63,857 nt of DNA, filler included, from Atractiella rhizophila (GCA_021432655.1; 6 parts of 6 records of this genome joined end to end with filler, not necessarily neighbours in it); one strand, 5' to 3'; shown: positions 11,244 to 24,409, counted from the whole stretch's first letter. Numbers and translations are program-made. The notes: a model not told the origin generated them from the letters alone.

Positions 11244-13590
11244 TCACTGCACAACCACAGCAGTCCCTACTATCTTGTACCCTCCAGCTCGAGGATCAGG
11301 GATGGTGTTAACCTGCGTGACAGCATTTGCGCCCAAATTCCTAATTCCTCACATCAGTGTCTACAGTCATTGGAGATCGGATGAAAACGCACCTCGCATT
11401 CATCATAAGCGCTTGCATCGCCTGCTGCATCTCCAAATCCCCATCCATCAAATCTCCAATCGCCACTTCGTCAGGATGAACCATTGCACTTGTGCCTTCT
11501 ACCCTTGCGATGGTCTGCACAATAGATCTGCCGTCATCCGGATGATCCCCTTCGTACATGGCGAATTCTCCCTCCTCCTCACCATAGTAATCAAAGTCGT
11601 CCGCGGCTTGCTCATAGGGAGAAGCTCCATGCCAAGCTGCGCCTTGACGGCTGGAAGGTCTCGCCATCCCAGCCCGACTCCCAGGTCGCGGGATTGCACC
11701 ATGGTCGACTCCGGGGAAAAGGGAGGCTCCTTGTTGAAGGTCGAAGGGGGGAGAGTGATCGTCGTCAAATGCATCCATATCTGCTCCAAACTGAGGATTG
11801 CGACCATTGGCCATTGGCATGCCTCCTGGCATCATGTTGACACCACCCCGGGACAGGGACCCCATATCCATGCTGACAGCTCGAGGTGAATGCCCCAGTC
11901 CAGTGACTCGAGGAGAAACGCCGAGCTGAGATGCTCTGTGGGCAGTCAATCCGACATGCGGTTCGAGCATCGGGTCGGCCACGAAGTCATGGAGAACAGT
12001 TCCGCCAGGTGTCCTCAATGGAGCAGAGAAACTGCCTCCCGGAGTCCTAGGTCTTTGAACACCGATTGGGTCGACGAACGCGTGGGACATGCTTCCACCA
12101 GGGGTTCGAAGAAGTCGATCCTGCTCCCTTTCCCTCTTCTCAAGTTCGGAAAGCCTCTGCTCCATCCTCCTTTCGCGATCCTCCATATCCCTATCCTTTC
12201 TCCTCTCCAACTCTGCAGTCTGCCTCGCCAACTCTCTCTCCTTCACGGCCAGCATCTCCCTCTCCCTCTCGTTCATGTTGTTACTCATTCTCATCCTCTC
12301 CAACTCAGCCCTCAACTGTTGGACAGCCATATCCGTCGCTCCACTGGTGCTCACTCGGGGTGTCCTAGCTCCCACAGGAACTTGCACAGTGCGAATGTTG
12401 GTGGCAGAGCGCATGGGCCTTAGACCAGGGGAAGCGTGTACAGTGGTCATCCGTGGAGAGGGTGCCATCGGTACCATCCTAGGGGAATGAGATACAGGCA
12501 TCATCCTAGGAGAATGGGATACAGGCACCATTCTGGGACTGGGAGCCAAACCGACAGGACGAGGAGCGGCAGCACCGAAAGAGCGAGCGCGGGGACGAGT
12601 CATGACGCCGGGAGCGAGCATTCCCCCGGTTGCGACTACACCTCCTACGCCATGTTGCATTCTCGTAGGAGTGACAGGTCGCATAATTCCAGCTCCCATT
12701 CCGGTTCCTGGCATAGGAAGCCCTGGCATACGAGGAGAAACGCCAACGCCGCCAACGTGTCCTACATGTCCGATGGAGTTAGCCCGCGCGCGTACACCGG
12801 GAAGGGCCAGCGTAGACCCTAAAGCGGCTCCGTGTTGTCGGGTAGCATGCTCGAGATCCTATACGCAGTTAGTTCAGCTACTCTTGTCTCCTTGGAAAAC
12901 GTAGAGACGAACCCTGATGGCCATGCGATGCCTGGTAAGCTCTTGATTCTCTGCGGCAGTCAGTGCTCTGTTCCTTTCCATCACCCTATCTCGGCCCGTC
13001 AACTTTCCCTTTTTGGGAATCTCAAAATGAAAGCTCACGTCAAGGCCTCAATCCTCAATTGTGCCTCTCTCATCGCAGCCCTCCTCCTCTCCTCTTCCCT
13101 CACTCTCCTTAGCCTCATCTCCTCAGCCTCTCTCCTCCTCCTATCAATCTCGCCTGCTCTTTGGACATCGTTCAGCCGCTCTAGTTCTCGCCTCCTTTCC
13201 AACAGTGCGTGATTTTCCCGATCCAGCATCGCCGCCTGCCTGGACATTCTCTCCGTTGCGACGGCGGCATGATTCAGCTCTTTAGATCGCATCTCGAGCT
13301 TCCGGATCTCGTCCAACTAATCCATCACACCCATCGCGGTTCTTGAACACCGAAGTGTCATTAAACAGAGAGAAAAAAAGACGTACAGTATCCATCTTCT
13401 TCCTGATGTCCTTTCGTTTCCTCCTCTCCTCATCTTCCAAGATCCTCCTCTGCCTCTCGAGCAGCTGCTCCTCTTGGTTCTTAGGGCGCCTTCAAATCCT
13501 CGTTAACTCTCAACCTTTTCAGAAATTGGTCCGGAAAACTTACCAAGTATGGGCGCTGGTGATGGAGCCTGACGACTTTAGGAGAGGCAT
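11244..13590 (-). CDS. Hypothetical low-complexity protein (Arg/Glu coiled-coil segments, Gly/Met/Pro-rich with SP/TP repeats)
   Basis: 462-aa ORF at 11341-12729 plus upstream R/E-rich exons with GT-AG borders. Start and stop are inferred. Confidence 0.65.
12424..12548 (-). repeat. Degenerate ~27-nt coding tandem repeat (PSPRMVPVS/HSPRMMPVS/HSPRMVPMA/PSPRM)
   Basis: 9-aa periodicity is visible in the translation and in the DNA. Confidence 0.7.
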
Positions 13591-13925
13591 TTCTGATCTG
13601 TATTCGTGAAGGGAAAGGTTCTGTTAAGGAATCGATATTTATATAAGAACTGGGAATAAAAAAGTAGACTTCTGCAAATTTAAAATAATCGAGGGAATGC
13701 CCTGCAGGTCGAGAAGGGCAAGGAAACTGGTCGTTTATGCTTGCTTCCAGCGTTACAGAGATTAGACAAATAAGAACAATCACAATAAAGTTAGCTTCAG
13801 CGGCTGGCCGGACGCCCCAAACTTCCCGGCTACGTCATGGTGTAACACAACCAGAACCAGAACAAACGACCACCTTTGCACCCTTATATTTTCCACGTAC
13901 ACTCCTATAAATCACCACAAGCACC

Positions 13926-14821
13926 ATGGTACGCTGTTATCTATGGTCGATAGTTCTGGCTGACTGTAGAATCAGCCTGCCGTCGAAAGAGGTCACCCCA
14001 TCTTGTTCGCCACTTTGGCGCTCGTAAACAACTTTTCTTCTCCAAAAAAATTCATACTTCGCTCATCGCACTTCGATGTGTAGTTCTCGTTCATCGAGCT
14101 CATCATAACGGCTGTTCTTGTCGCCCACAACAATAGATGGTCTGACTCCTTGGCTTCTCGGGAGGCGTACCTCCTTTTCGTCTGTTCGTATTTCACGTTC
14201 CCGCAGCCTCTGTCCCGCACTGAGTCCCTTCTCTGTGGGTGTTAGCCATCTGGACCTTCATCTTTAGCATCGGCTACATAGTTGGATTCCTCAGAGCGCC
14301 AGCCTCCTTCCTCATGAACATCGCTTCCCATGCTGGTTTCTTGGCTCTTACATTCATCTTTTGGTACGTCCATTTCCGTGAGCGGACGCGCCATTGTTAT
14401 TGTTTTGTTGATTTGTTGGCCACGCAACAGGTTGGCCGGGGCTGCTGCAGTCACGGATACGTACGTTCCTTCCTCCTTTGTTTTCCATCCCGAGCTCATC
14501 CCGGCTCCCTTGAGAACAGGCTTGACGGCGGTCTGAACTGCTCCAATTGGGATTTCAGCTATTGTGGCACGCTGAACGCGTCCGAGGTCCGCTACCCTCT
14601 TCCTCCTCCATTTCCAACTGATCCTTGTTGGGGACAGGCCTTTGCTTGGATAAATACTATCATCACCTTCTTCGGACTCATCCTCGTCATCCTCTTGGGA
14701 GTAAGGAGTTCCAAAAACGGAACCGGATGGGTACGTCTCCTTCTCTTCCTCCATCCCATCGAAATTGAAGGATGAGGACTGATTCGCATTGGTGGGGGAT
14801 AAGGGATCAAGCTTGGCGTAA
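13926..14821 (+). CDS. MARVEL-domain four-TM membrane protein
   Basis: ATG|intron|PAVERGHPILFATLAL...FSFIELIITAVLV...LLFVC...IWTFIFS...LALTFIFW|LAGAAAVT...LNCS...CGTLNASE|AFAWI, a typical fungal MARVEL pattern. Confidence 0.7.
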
Positions 14822-15079
14822 GTAGTTAGAAACGAAATGCGAAACGAAGTGTCGTCGTGAAATCATAGCTCGTCTGTTTGAATCTTTCACCTTTCTCTAA
14901 CTGAATGCACTGAATTCGTTTTTGTTCTTTTCTTTCTGTCCCCGACTGAGAAACCAAAGATACCTTTTATAATGCCTTCTTGTGAGATACGTTCTTCTAA
15001 ACCTGTTGACTGTATCTGTGTCGAAGAGTAATGAATTCATCCGTCTGTCATATTTCTTTTGCGCCAAACAACGTACAAA

Positions 15080-16630
15080 CTACAGATATTCGAATCCGTT
15101 TATAAGACAACGGCCCAAGCTGATTAGACATACGGAAAAATGTAAATACCCATAAATCTGGACAGCAAATGAGCTTTCACAAGGAAATTTGACGGTCAAA
15201 CACCAGCCACTCCAAGAACAATCACATTCTAGAAGCGTTTTCATTGGAGTACAGTTTGAACTCAATCGTTGAAAGAATCCGTACAACGATGCCCAAATCT
15301 TTCAGAAGGTCGAAGTAATCATGCCCTTTGCCATTATTTTGCCGAGCAACTGAATGCATGCATTAGGTCCCAGCTGGAATGTTCGAAGCGGACTGCATCC
15401 ACCTCCCTTTCTGCCCATCCACAAAGTTCGAAGAATGAACAGCCAGTACAGTCCATGATCCTACTTCGCAGTTGGTTGAGACCAAAAGCACGATCAAAAA
15501 TGTTGGTGCGCGCCGTGAAAGGTCTATCCATGTCGAGAATGCTGTGACTCCTTCCTTAACTGACGGGCAGCATTTGGGTCCACAGTCTGCTCAAGGATCA
15601 GAGTGGTCGCGGAAACATGAAAGTTTGAAGCGCCACATCTAGTTGTGAATCGGCTACCGAGCTGTTCCTGGTGAAATATTCGACAAGCTCGGGAGGTTTG
15701 AGCTGTGGAACGGTCGGTGCCATCCTTGTGGGAGGGGGCAGATGTTGGAAGTGAAAATCGTGGTGGATAACGCGTGTTTTCAAAGAGGTGGCGCATCGCA
15801 GAAAGAGTTCGAATCTGGTAAGGTGGTATTTGCCTTTCAGGTTGTGAAGTTCCATGTCCAAAAATATAAAGTCCAGATTATCTAGATTTGATTGGAAGTT
15901 GGATTCGGTTTCTTTTTCTTGAGGCAATTCAAAAGGTTTGTCAAACTAAGGTCGACTCCAGGATCAGCAAAAGAAATGTTAAAAGCATCCTCCTAATCGC
16001 AATGATGATTGTAGACAAACATTTTCTAAAATCGAGCTTCTTGATTTGTTTATGGATGTATCGAAACGGTTTTAGATCGGTTTGCGTGATAGAGGATTGG
16101 AGTAAAAGAAAGGCTTTCGATTATTGAACAGCCTTGGCCGATGTCAATGAGCTCAGTTACGAGTGGGCTGAAACTGGTTGGAGCATGTAGTAACTGGACT
16201 TCTATCAGCGCGCACACGTCGATACACGCTGACCTGAAAACAGGAAGATCCTCTTTGAAACGTGTCCAAATGATGCAGAAGTCTTCGTACCCGAAAATTG
16301 TGTCTTGAACGTCGTATGCAGCCCAGAAACGGACTCGAGTGGCAGTCGTTGTATTTAATCTCGGAGTGCAATCGAAGAGAATTGCCTGCTGCAATCTGCT
16401 CTCGGCTAAGCTTATGAGTGGGCAAGCTGAAATGCGAAACACCGTCTCCATTCGGTTCGTGTTCTCCTTCGTCGACATTTACTTCTTTGCTCGTAAAAAG
16501 TTGGGGTTGAAAGTGTTGTGATATGACAATTGATCTAAATGCTGTGGGACCGCGACCTTCCGAATCGACTTTGAGACATGAATGAAATTCTCCAAGTGGA
16601 GCATCGAGATATTGGATAGCAGAGGGCAAA
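15080..16630 (-). pseudogene. Possible decayed or unrecognised coding sequence
   Basis: A chain of 65-158 aa ORFs on the minus strand in shifting frames, with no recognisable motif. Confidence 0.2.
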
Positions 16631-17251
16631 GCTCTGCAGGCTAAGAGATAAACGGAAAGTAGTGCCTAAGTGGAAGAGTCAACTTAACCATTCACGAAGT
16701 TGAATTGAAGACGCGCTGCGCATCACATTCCATCATGACGGTCAATTTGAGTTATGAACCTAGAGGAGAGGCCGGGGCTGCATTCGTTCTTAGCAAAATA
16801 AGTTCGCTGTGTAAAATCCGCCGCTCAAAAGAAAGAAGGGGTATGATCCCTGATGATCCGTGTCACTGTTTTTTGAAGGATCTAGTTTAGCAACGAAGCT
16901 CCTAATAGTTGCGCAAAATATTGGAGAGTAGCAGAGAAACAATTTCCTTTCGACCTCTCGGGTTGTTGGAATTTGGCAGATTTAGGTGATGTGGCTCGGA
17001 TCAGGTTGAACGTTTCATATTGACTTCAAGTTGTGGAAATAATCCATTGTTTGTGAAGGTTCACGGGATTGGATAGTCAATCACTGTCCTTGCGTTCTGG
17101 TGCAGTGAGGCAAAGAAATGGACGAGAATGGACGCATGAATCAATCGTACAGGTAGTGGGCTGATGGGATAATACTTGCTTGCAACAAATGTTAAGACAA
17201 GGAGATAAATATACACGACAGACGACAGAGCACGAACACGTCTGGAAATCG

Positions 17252-17836
17252 CTATTCATCATCCATTTCCTCATCATCGTCCTTTTTCTTCCCCTTCTTC
17301 CTCCCACCTCCAGCCCCCCGCTTCTTCTTCCCACCGTCCTCTTCCTCTTGTTGAGGTACCGTGTCAGGAATATCGGCGACGAGCTCGCGCAGAAAGTCAA
17401 AGTGCTCTACGTGGTTAATAGTTGCTTTCCTGCACCAATTGCAATAATGTCCAATCACATTAATCAGGGAACAAAAGAGAAAGATTGACGTACAAGTGCG
17501 ACGGCATGATTCGCTTAGACTTATTATTCGAAGCTTCAGTCACGCATTGCCGTACAAGATCGGCCAGAAAAAGCTCGAGCGCTTTAGCTTCTTCCACAAA
17601 CTCAGGCCATCTCCCCAGTAGAAAATATAAGCGAGATACTTACAGACTCCAACAGGTGTACCACCAGCGACTTTTCCCACCTCTTCATCCATCTGCATTA
17701 TCTTCTTGATCCTGGACAACGGAAAGGCGGTCTGGCGCACTTTCTTCTTTGCTGCTGACGTTGAAGGTTCTTTCCTGCGCCATTTTTACGCAATAAGCCT
17801 AGATGAAGCACTTTGAGTAGATAGAACGTACGGCAT
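17252..17836 (-). CDS. BUR6: NC2 alpha / DRAP1-like histone-fold transcription cofactor
   Basis: ATG CC|intron|...KKKVRQTAFPLSRIKKIMQMDEEVGKVAGGTPV...KALELFLADL...KATINHVEHFDFLRELV. Confidence 0.85.
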
Positions 17837-17978
17837 TTTGGTCGATTTATCGTTTCAGCGGAAGCGACGGTCGGTAAAGCGGAACCAATCTTGTTCTCTT
17901 CAATCGGGAGAAAAAAAGTCGAAACGACGATTCGATCAATTTGAGCAAAGGCAAAGCTCTGCTTTGTCTGATTTCTTC

Positions 17979-20900
17979 ATGGCGTCGATACAAAATAACC
18001 TGGATTCGGTTGCGTCCTCAGCTGCTCCGTCGACAGTTCCCAGTCCTTCCATATCCCGCTCTCCATCCCTCCTACGAAACAGAAATGACAATAGAGATGG
18101 ACTGAGACTCCCAGTGTCTTGTCCCCCGATGGATGTGATAGAAGATAGTAGCAAGAAGGCAAGGAAAATGGTATTAGAGATGCAGGATGGAAGCGCGTTT
18201 GATGGTTTTAGCTTTGGTGCTGAGAGGAGTGTCGCTGGAGAATGTGTATTTCAGACTGGTAAGCTGCTTTTTTGAATACTGGTTCATATGGCTGTTGGTG
18301 AATGAAAACACATTCGGTGAGCAGCTGGATTACTTCAGGAAGGAAGAGCTGCGTTTTGGTTGATTCGAGAGTTGTTAGACATTTCTGTGAACCGACCTCA
18401 TGCTTGGCTTGAAGAAGGCCAGCTACGTTAGACTATGCTTTCAAAACGAACTAAATTTTAAGCTGTCTGTATCGAAGTCGAGAACTGACTATCATCCACC
18501 GTAGGCATGGTCGGATACCCAGAATCGCTCACGGACCCATCTTACAGTGGGCAAATTCTAGTACTCACGTACCCGCTCGTCGGTTCCTACGGGGTCCCTC
18601 CTCAAACAGAAATAGACCTGTCGATTCCTCTCCACTTCGAGAGTGTCAAGATCCATGTTGCCGCTCTTGTAATCGCGACGTACTCCGGCTCAGAAGGCTA
18701 CTACAGCCATCATCTAGCAAATTCGAGTCTAGGGAAATGGCTGGAGCGAGAGGGAGTGCCAGCTGTTTGGGGGGTTGACACTAGGGAGATCGTGAAGCGG
18801 ATAAGGGAGAAGGGTGTCATGCTGGGGCGGGTCATGCTAGAGAAGGCCGAATTAGCCCCAATCCCTGCTGATGAGAGGGGGAGGGCAGCAGTGAATGGAG
18901 TAAAAGGAATCGTTAGGAAATTCAGTCTCGGTTCAAAGGGGTGGAGGAACAATTATCTGGAGGTTCCGTTTGAGGACCCCAATGTCCTCAATCTCGTTAA
19001 ACATGTCTCTGTCGATGCTCCCAAACTTTACACTCCCTCGATGTCGAGCAGAGAAGATGTCACTCCAAAACTAATCAATGGACGACCCCTGAGGATTCTC
19101 GCTATTGACGTGGGAATGAAGTACAACCAGATTCGCTGTTTCCTTCGCCGCGGTGTCGAGCTGAAGGTCGTTCCATGGGATTATGACTTCGTCCGAAAGG
19201 AAGACGAAGATTTTGATGGAATCTTCGTATCAAATGGTCCTGGAGACCCAGAGACCCTCGCTGATTCGACAGTTGCAAGGATTAGGGAGGCGATGTACCC
19301 TCCTCCTGGATCAACTTTCAAAAAACGACCCATGTTCGGAATCTGCCTTGGGCACCAGCTCTTTGGTCTCGCAAGTGGCGCGAAGACCTCGAAGCTTGGG
19401 TATGGAAATCGAGGAATGAACATTCCCTGCACCTCAATGCTATCTGGCCGATGCTACATTACTTCTCAGAACCACGGATATGCGGTTGACGTTTCCACGG
19501 TTGATGGTGAAAAAGGTTGGAGCGAGCTTTTCGTCAATGCTAACGATGGAAGCAACGAAGGGATCATATGTGACGAGGATCCATATTTCTCCGTTCAGTT
19601 CCATCCCGAAGCTACTCCGGGGCCTCAGGACACGGCCTTCCTTTTTGACGTCTTCATCGAGGCTTGCCAGAAATGGGCAGAAGGTGAAAAAGTGAAGATC
19701 AGAGAATTGATGCCCGGAGGAACGTTGGAGGAGAATGAAAAGAAGCATCCGCGAGTGCATGTCAAGAAGGTGTTAGTTCTAGGATCTGGAGGATTGAGCA
19801 TCGGACAAGCAGGAGAATTTGACTATTCTGGAAGTCAGGCTATCAAAGCTCTGAAAGAAGAAGGAATATACACCATCCTCGTCAACCCAAACATCGCGAC
19901 CATTCAGACCTCGAAAGGTCTTGCCGATAAAGTCTACTTCCTCCCAGTAGCTCCAGACTTCGTTAGGAAGATTATTCAGCATGAACGGCCAGATGGAATA
20001 TACGTCACCTTCGGAGGACAGACGGCACTTAACGTTGGTATCAAGATGAAGGACGAGTTTGCTGCCCTTGGTGTTCAAGTCCTCGGCACACCGATTTCGA
20101 CCATTATCACCACCGAGGATCGACAGCTGTTTGCAGATGCCATGGCTGAGATTGGGGAGAAATGCGCAAAATCTTTTTCTGCTACTTCTGTAGAAGAATG
20201 CCTTGAAGCCGCTGAGAAGATTGGCTATCCGGTTATCGCAAGAGCTGCTTTTGCTCTCGGTGGGCTTGGGAGTGGCTTCGCCAATTCTAAGGAAGAGCTG
20301 GATGCTCTGTGCAAAAAAGCTTTTGCGACCAGTCCTCAGGTTTTGGTGGAGAAAAGCATGAAAGGGTGGAAGGAGATTGAATACGAAGTAGTGAGGGATT
20401 GTAGAGATAACTGTATCACGGTGTGTAACATGGAGGTAAGCGTTTGCTTGCTCTTATGGATGCCTATTGATGGTATATGTTTAAATAGAACTTTGATCCT
20501 CTTGGCATTCATACGGGAGATTCCATCGTGGTAGCCCCTTCACAAACGCTATCCGACGCAGATTATCAGATGCTTCGAAATACCGCGGTCAACGTCATTC
20601 GCCATCTTGGAGTGGTCGGAGAGTGCAATATTCAGTACGCTCTCAATCCTGATTCTAAGGAGTACTGCATCATCGAAGTCAACGCTCGTTTGTCCCGATC
20701 CTCTGCCCTCGCCTCGAAGGCAACAGGATATCCTCTGGCTTTCATAGCTGCCAAATTGGGGCTTGGAATACCGCTCAACGATATCAAGAATACTGTCACG
20801 AAACTCACGTCTGCTTGTTTTGAGCCTAGTTTGGACTACATCGTCGTCAAAATCCCCAGGTGGGATTTGAAGAAGTTCAATCGAGTCAGCACACTTCTTA

Positions 20901-23265
20901 GCAGTAGTATGAAGAGTGTGGGGGAGGTGATGGCGATTGGGAGGACGTTTGAAGAGACGATGCAGAAGGCAATTAGGTCGATCGACTTTGCTTATGCTGG
21001 GTTTGGGAAGAATGACGATATTGAAGATATCGAAACAGAACTCGAAAACCCGTCTGACAAGCGACTTTTCGCCATTGCCAACGCTCTACATGCTGGGAGA
21101 TCTGTGGACGATATTTGGTCCATCACCAAGATTGACAAATGGTTCTTACGAAAGCTGGAGAATATTGTCAGAATGGAAAAGGTGCTTTCGTATGTGCCCG
21201 AACTCTTCTGCTCTTACAAATGCTTATGAATCATCAGAACGTATCACATGTCCAACATCTCGAAAGAACTGGTCCGACAGGCGAAACAGATGGGCTTTGC
21301 TGATCGCCAAATTTCTAAATGCACTGGTTCGAACGAAATGGCTGTTCGGCGCTTCCGTCAAGAGGCTAGCATCTATCCCTTCGTCAAACAAATCGATACA
21401 GTGGCAGCTGAGTTTCCAGCGTTCACCAACTATCTCTATATGACCTATAACGCTTCCGAAAACGACGTGGAGTTTGATGACCAAGGCGTGATGGTGTTGG
21501 GTTCTGGTGTTTACCGGATCGGATCTTCTGTCGAATTCGATTGGTGTGCTGTTCGATGCATTCGCACGCTGAGAGCCAAAGGGACGAAGACTATCATGGT
21601 CAACTACAACCCTGAGACTGTCAGCACAGACTACGACGAAGCGGATCGACTCTATTTCGAGAACATTAACCTTGAAACTGTTATGGACATTTACGAGCTG
21701 GAGCATTCTAGCGGTGTTGTCCTTTCCATGGGCGGTCAAACTCCAAATAATATTGCCCTTCCTCTGCATCGTCAGAATGTCAGAATCCTGGGTACCTCTC
21801 CGGAACTGATCGATACTGCTGAGAACCGCTACAAGTTCTCACGAATGCTGGATAAGATCGGGGTGGACCAACCTCTCTGGAAGGAGCTATCTACTATCGA
21901 AGAAGCGCACAAGTTTTGCTCCACTGTCGATTTCCCTGTGCTTGTCAGACCGTCTTATGTTCTCTCTGGTGCCGCCATGAATGTTGTATATTCAGCAGAC
22001 GATCTTTCTGCATACCTTTCGCAAGCTGCTGAGGTATCGCGGGAGCATCCGGTTGTCATTTCGAAGTACATCCAGGAGGCGAAGGAAATTGAGATGGATG
22101 CCGTGGCGAGGAATGGAGAGGTGATCATGCACTACATTTCTGAGCACGTCGAGAACGCTGGTGTCCACTCTGGTGACGCTACACTCATCCATCCTCCTCA
22201 GGACTTAGATCCAGAAACCGTCCGAAGGATTGAATTGGCCACGAAAAAAATAGGGAACGCTCTTAACGTCACTGGCCCTTTCAACATACAGTTCATTGCC
22301 AAGAACAACGAGATCAAGGTCATTGAATGCAACGTTCGAGCCTCGAGGTCTTTTCCTTTCGTCTCGAAGGTCACTGGCATCGATGCCATCGAAATAGCAA
22401 CCAAAGTTATGCTTGGGATGCCCGTGGAGCCTTATCCTCAGCCCCTCATGCCTTCTGACTACGTCGGCATCAAAGTACCTCAGTTCAGCTTCAGTCGTCT
22501 CTCGGGGGCTGATCCCGTGCTTGGGGTCGAAATGGCATCAACTGGGGAAGTGGCATGCTTTGGCAAGGATCGATACGAAGCTTACCTCAAAGCCTTACTC
22601 TCCACAGGCATTTCACTTCCCAAGAAGAACGTTCTCTTTTCTATAGGGTCTTACAAAGAGAAACTAGAGATGCTGCCTTCCGTTCAGAAACTTCATCGTG
22701 CAGGTTTCAATCTCTTTGCTACCGCTGGGACAGCAGACTTCATCCAAGAGCACGGTATTCCGGTCAAATATCTGGAGGTCCTTCCCGAGTCCGAACACTC
22801 CCCGGATCAGAAGTCAGAGTACTCGCTAACGAAACATCTCGCAAATAATCTCATAGATCTCTTCATTAACCTGCCATCGAAGAACCACTTCCGACGACCG
22901 GCTAGTTACATGAGCAAAGGATATCGTTCTCGCCGAATGGCTGTCGATTTTGCGGTCCCTCTCATCACCAATGTCAAGTGCGCCAAACTGTTCGTAGAAG
23001 CCATCATCAGGAAGCCGACATTTGAACTCACCAACAATGACTTTAAGACGTCCTTTGATACAATACTTCTCCCTGGCTTTGTTGGAACACAGATTTTCGT
23101 GGCGAGTCTTACGTCTGGGTCCTCCACGGACGTTGCACGCGCGACACGCGCCGCTATTCACGGCGGCTTTACTTGCGTTCAACTATCGGCTTGGGATGCC
23201 AGCAGCGGTTCGGTTTCAGATCCTTCCTCTTTCGAGATTGCGCAGTCAAACGCGACTGGTCTCGC
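17979..23265 (+). CDS. URA2: Multifunctional pyrimidine synthesis protein (glutaminase + CPSase + start of DHOase-like domain), 3' end lost in gap
   Basis: [42 protein letters not shown], fused to [17 protein letters not shown], a second ATP-grasp, an MGS domain and LPGF...AAIHGGFT. Confidence 0.95.
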
Positions 23266-23365
23266 NNNNNNNNNNNNNNNNNNNNNNNNNNNNNNNNNNN
23301 NNNNNNNNNTTAATTAATTAANNNNNNNNNNNNNNNNNNNNNNNNNNNNNNNNNNNNNNNNNNNN
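23266..23365. other. Artificial contig spacer 44N-TTAATTAATTAA-44N
   Basis: Palindromic 12-mer with stops in all six frames at 23310-23321, inside Ns. Confidence 0.95.
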
Positions 23366-23884
23366 TCTCTGAGTTTCGGTGGTAATGATGGACGATACGG
23401 GAGATTGTCACTCTTTCTTTATTTCTTCGATTCGGACTTGTGTTTCTGGTCTCTTGGTTTCATGTTCCAAGTTCTGTATGGAATGCGCGCATACATGGAA
23501 GAGCATTTCTCGGTTCGTTCCTCTCTAGTTACTTTCGGTTAATGTTGGCTGACTGGTATGATGAAGGATTATTTTGTGTTCGTTATTCTTCGTTGTGTTC
23601 ATATCGTTATACACTATCCAGACCAGACAAGACCAGACAAGACACAAAACCAATCAGAATCCAAATTAATCAAACCAATCCTTCCGAAGACCATTCCTGA
23701 GAACCTGCAGCGGTCGATAGTACACGACAAACACGAACATTTTATGTTATCCCTAATTCCCTGATCCCAAGCCCGAACATTCCGAACCAGCAGGAGAGAT
23801 TCAGGCAGTACGCCCAGCACTGAATGGGAAAACTGTTACGGAACTGTCAGCTTCAGGACTCGGAAAGAGAAGAGAGGCTGACTT

Positions 23885-24409
23885 TTAGACCCTGGAACCC
23901 TCTCCCTCTTGCATCTCCTTCCACTCATGATACAGCTTCCTCTCCTCCTCCTCCTCTTCCCTCGCTTTCTTCCACAGGCTTACGACACCGACCAAACTCT
24001 GTCGTCTCCTCTGCTCATAATCTCCCAACAACCACCTCATCGCTCTCTCCTTTCCTAATTCGCTCGCAGCCCTCTCCAACTCCTCTTTTGTGTCTCCCCC
24101 TACGTTCAGATCGCGCACAAGGGATTGAAGCTCCACATCGTCCCTCTCCGCCTCCACGCACAGATTTCGCAGGAACTGTAACTCTCGATGCGCGCCATCC
24201 AACCTCAGAGCGAGGTCCCACACCTCCTCCCAATCCTCTCTCTCCTCCGAATTCGCCAGCCTCAAATACTTCTCGAGGAGATAGAAAGCTCTATCGAATA
24301 GCGTGTCGTCCTCCTCTCCCTCGCTCTCTTCGGCTTCAAATGGAAGCTCTGGAGGTAACTCGGACGGCATCGTCTCGAGTGTGAAGTTGACGAAACGCAC
24401 CAGACGCTC
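23885..24409 (-). CDS. Partial acidic helical ORF next to the large gap (unknown; possibly repeat-derived)
   Basis: About 175 uninterrupted Glu/Leu/Arg-rich codons running out of the N gap, with no introns. Confidence 0.35.
   Translation of the reverse strand, partial: ERLVRFVNFTLETMPSELPPELPFEAEESEGEEDDTLFDRAFYLLEKYLRLANSEEREDWEEVWDLALRLDGAHRELQFLRNLCVEAERDDVELQSLVRDLNVGGDTKEELERAASELGKERAMRWLLGDYEQRRRQSLVGVVSLWKKAREEEEEERKLYHEWKEMQEGEGSRV

Noticed and set aside
11275..13285. Long + strand ORFs opposite the low-complexity gene (similar shadows lie opposite ILV2, HEM3 and the 62.6-63.8 kb ORF)
   Set aside because: Antisense shadows of biased coding sequence, with no independent motifs.
23060..23265. 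URA2 dihydroorotase-like domain lacking the HxH metal ligands
   Set aside because: An inactive DHOase-like domain is the established state of fungal Ura2, so it is not novel.
23310..23321. TTAATTAATTAA palindrome as a biological repeat or transposon target site
   Set aside because: It is always centred in exactly 44+44 Ns, so it is an artificial spacer.
23555..23700. ATGATGA...CTGA as a C/D box snoRNA, and the CCAGA/CAAGA micro-repeat
   Set aside because: No terminal stem or recognisable guide. The region looks like a T-rich 3' UTR with low-complexity sequence.
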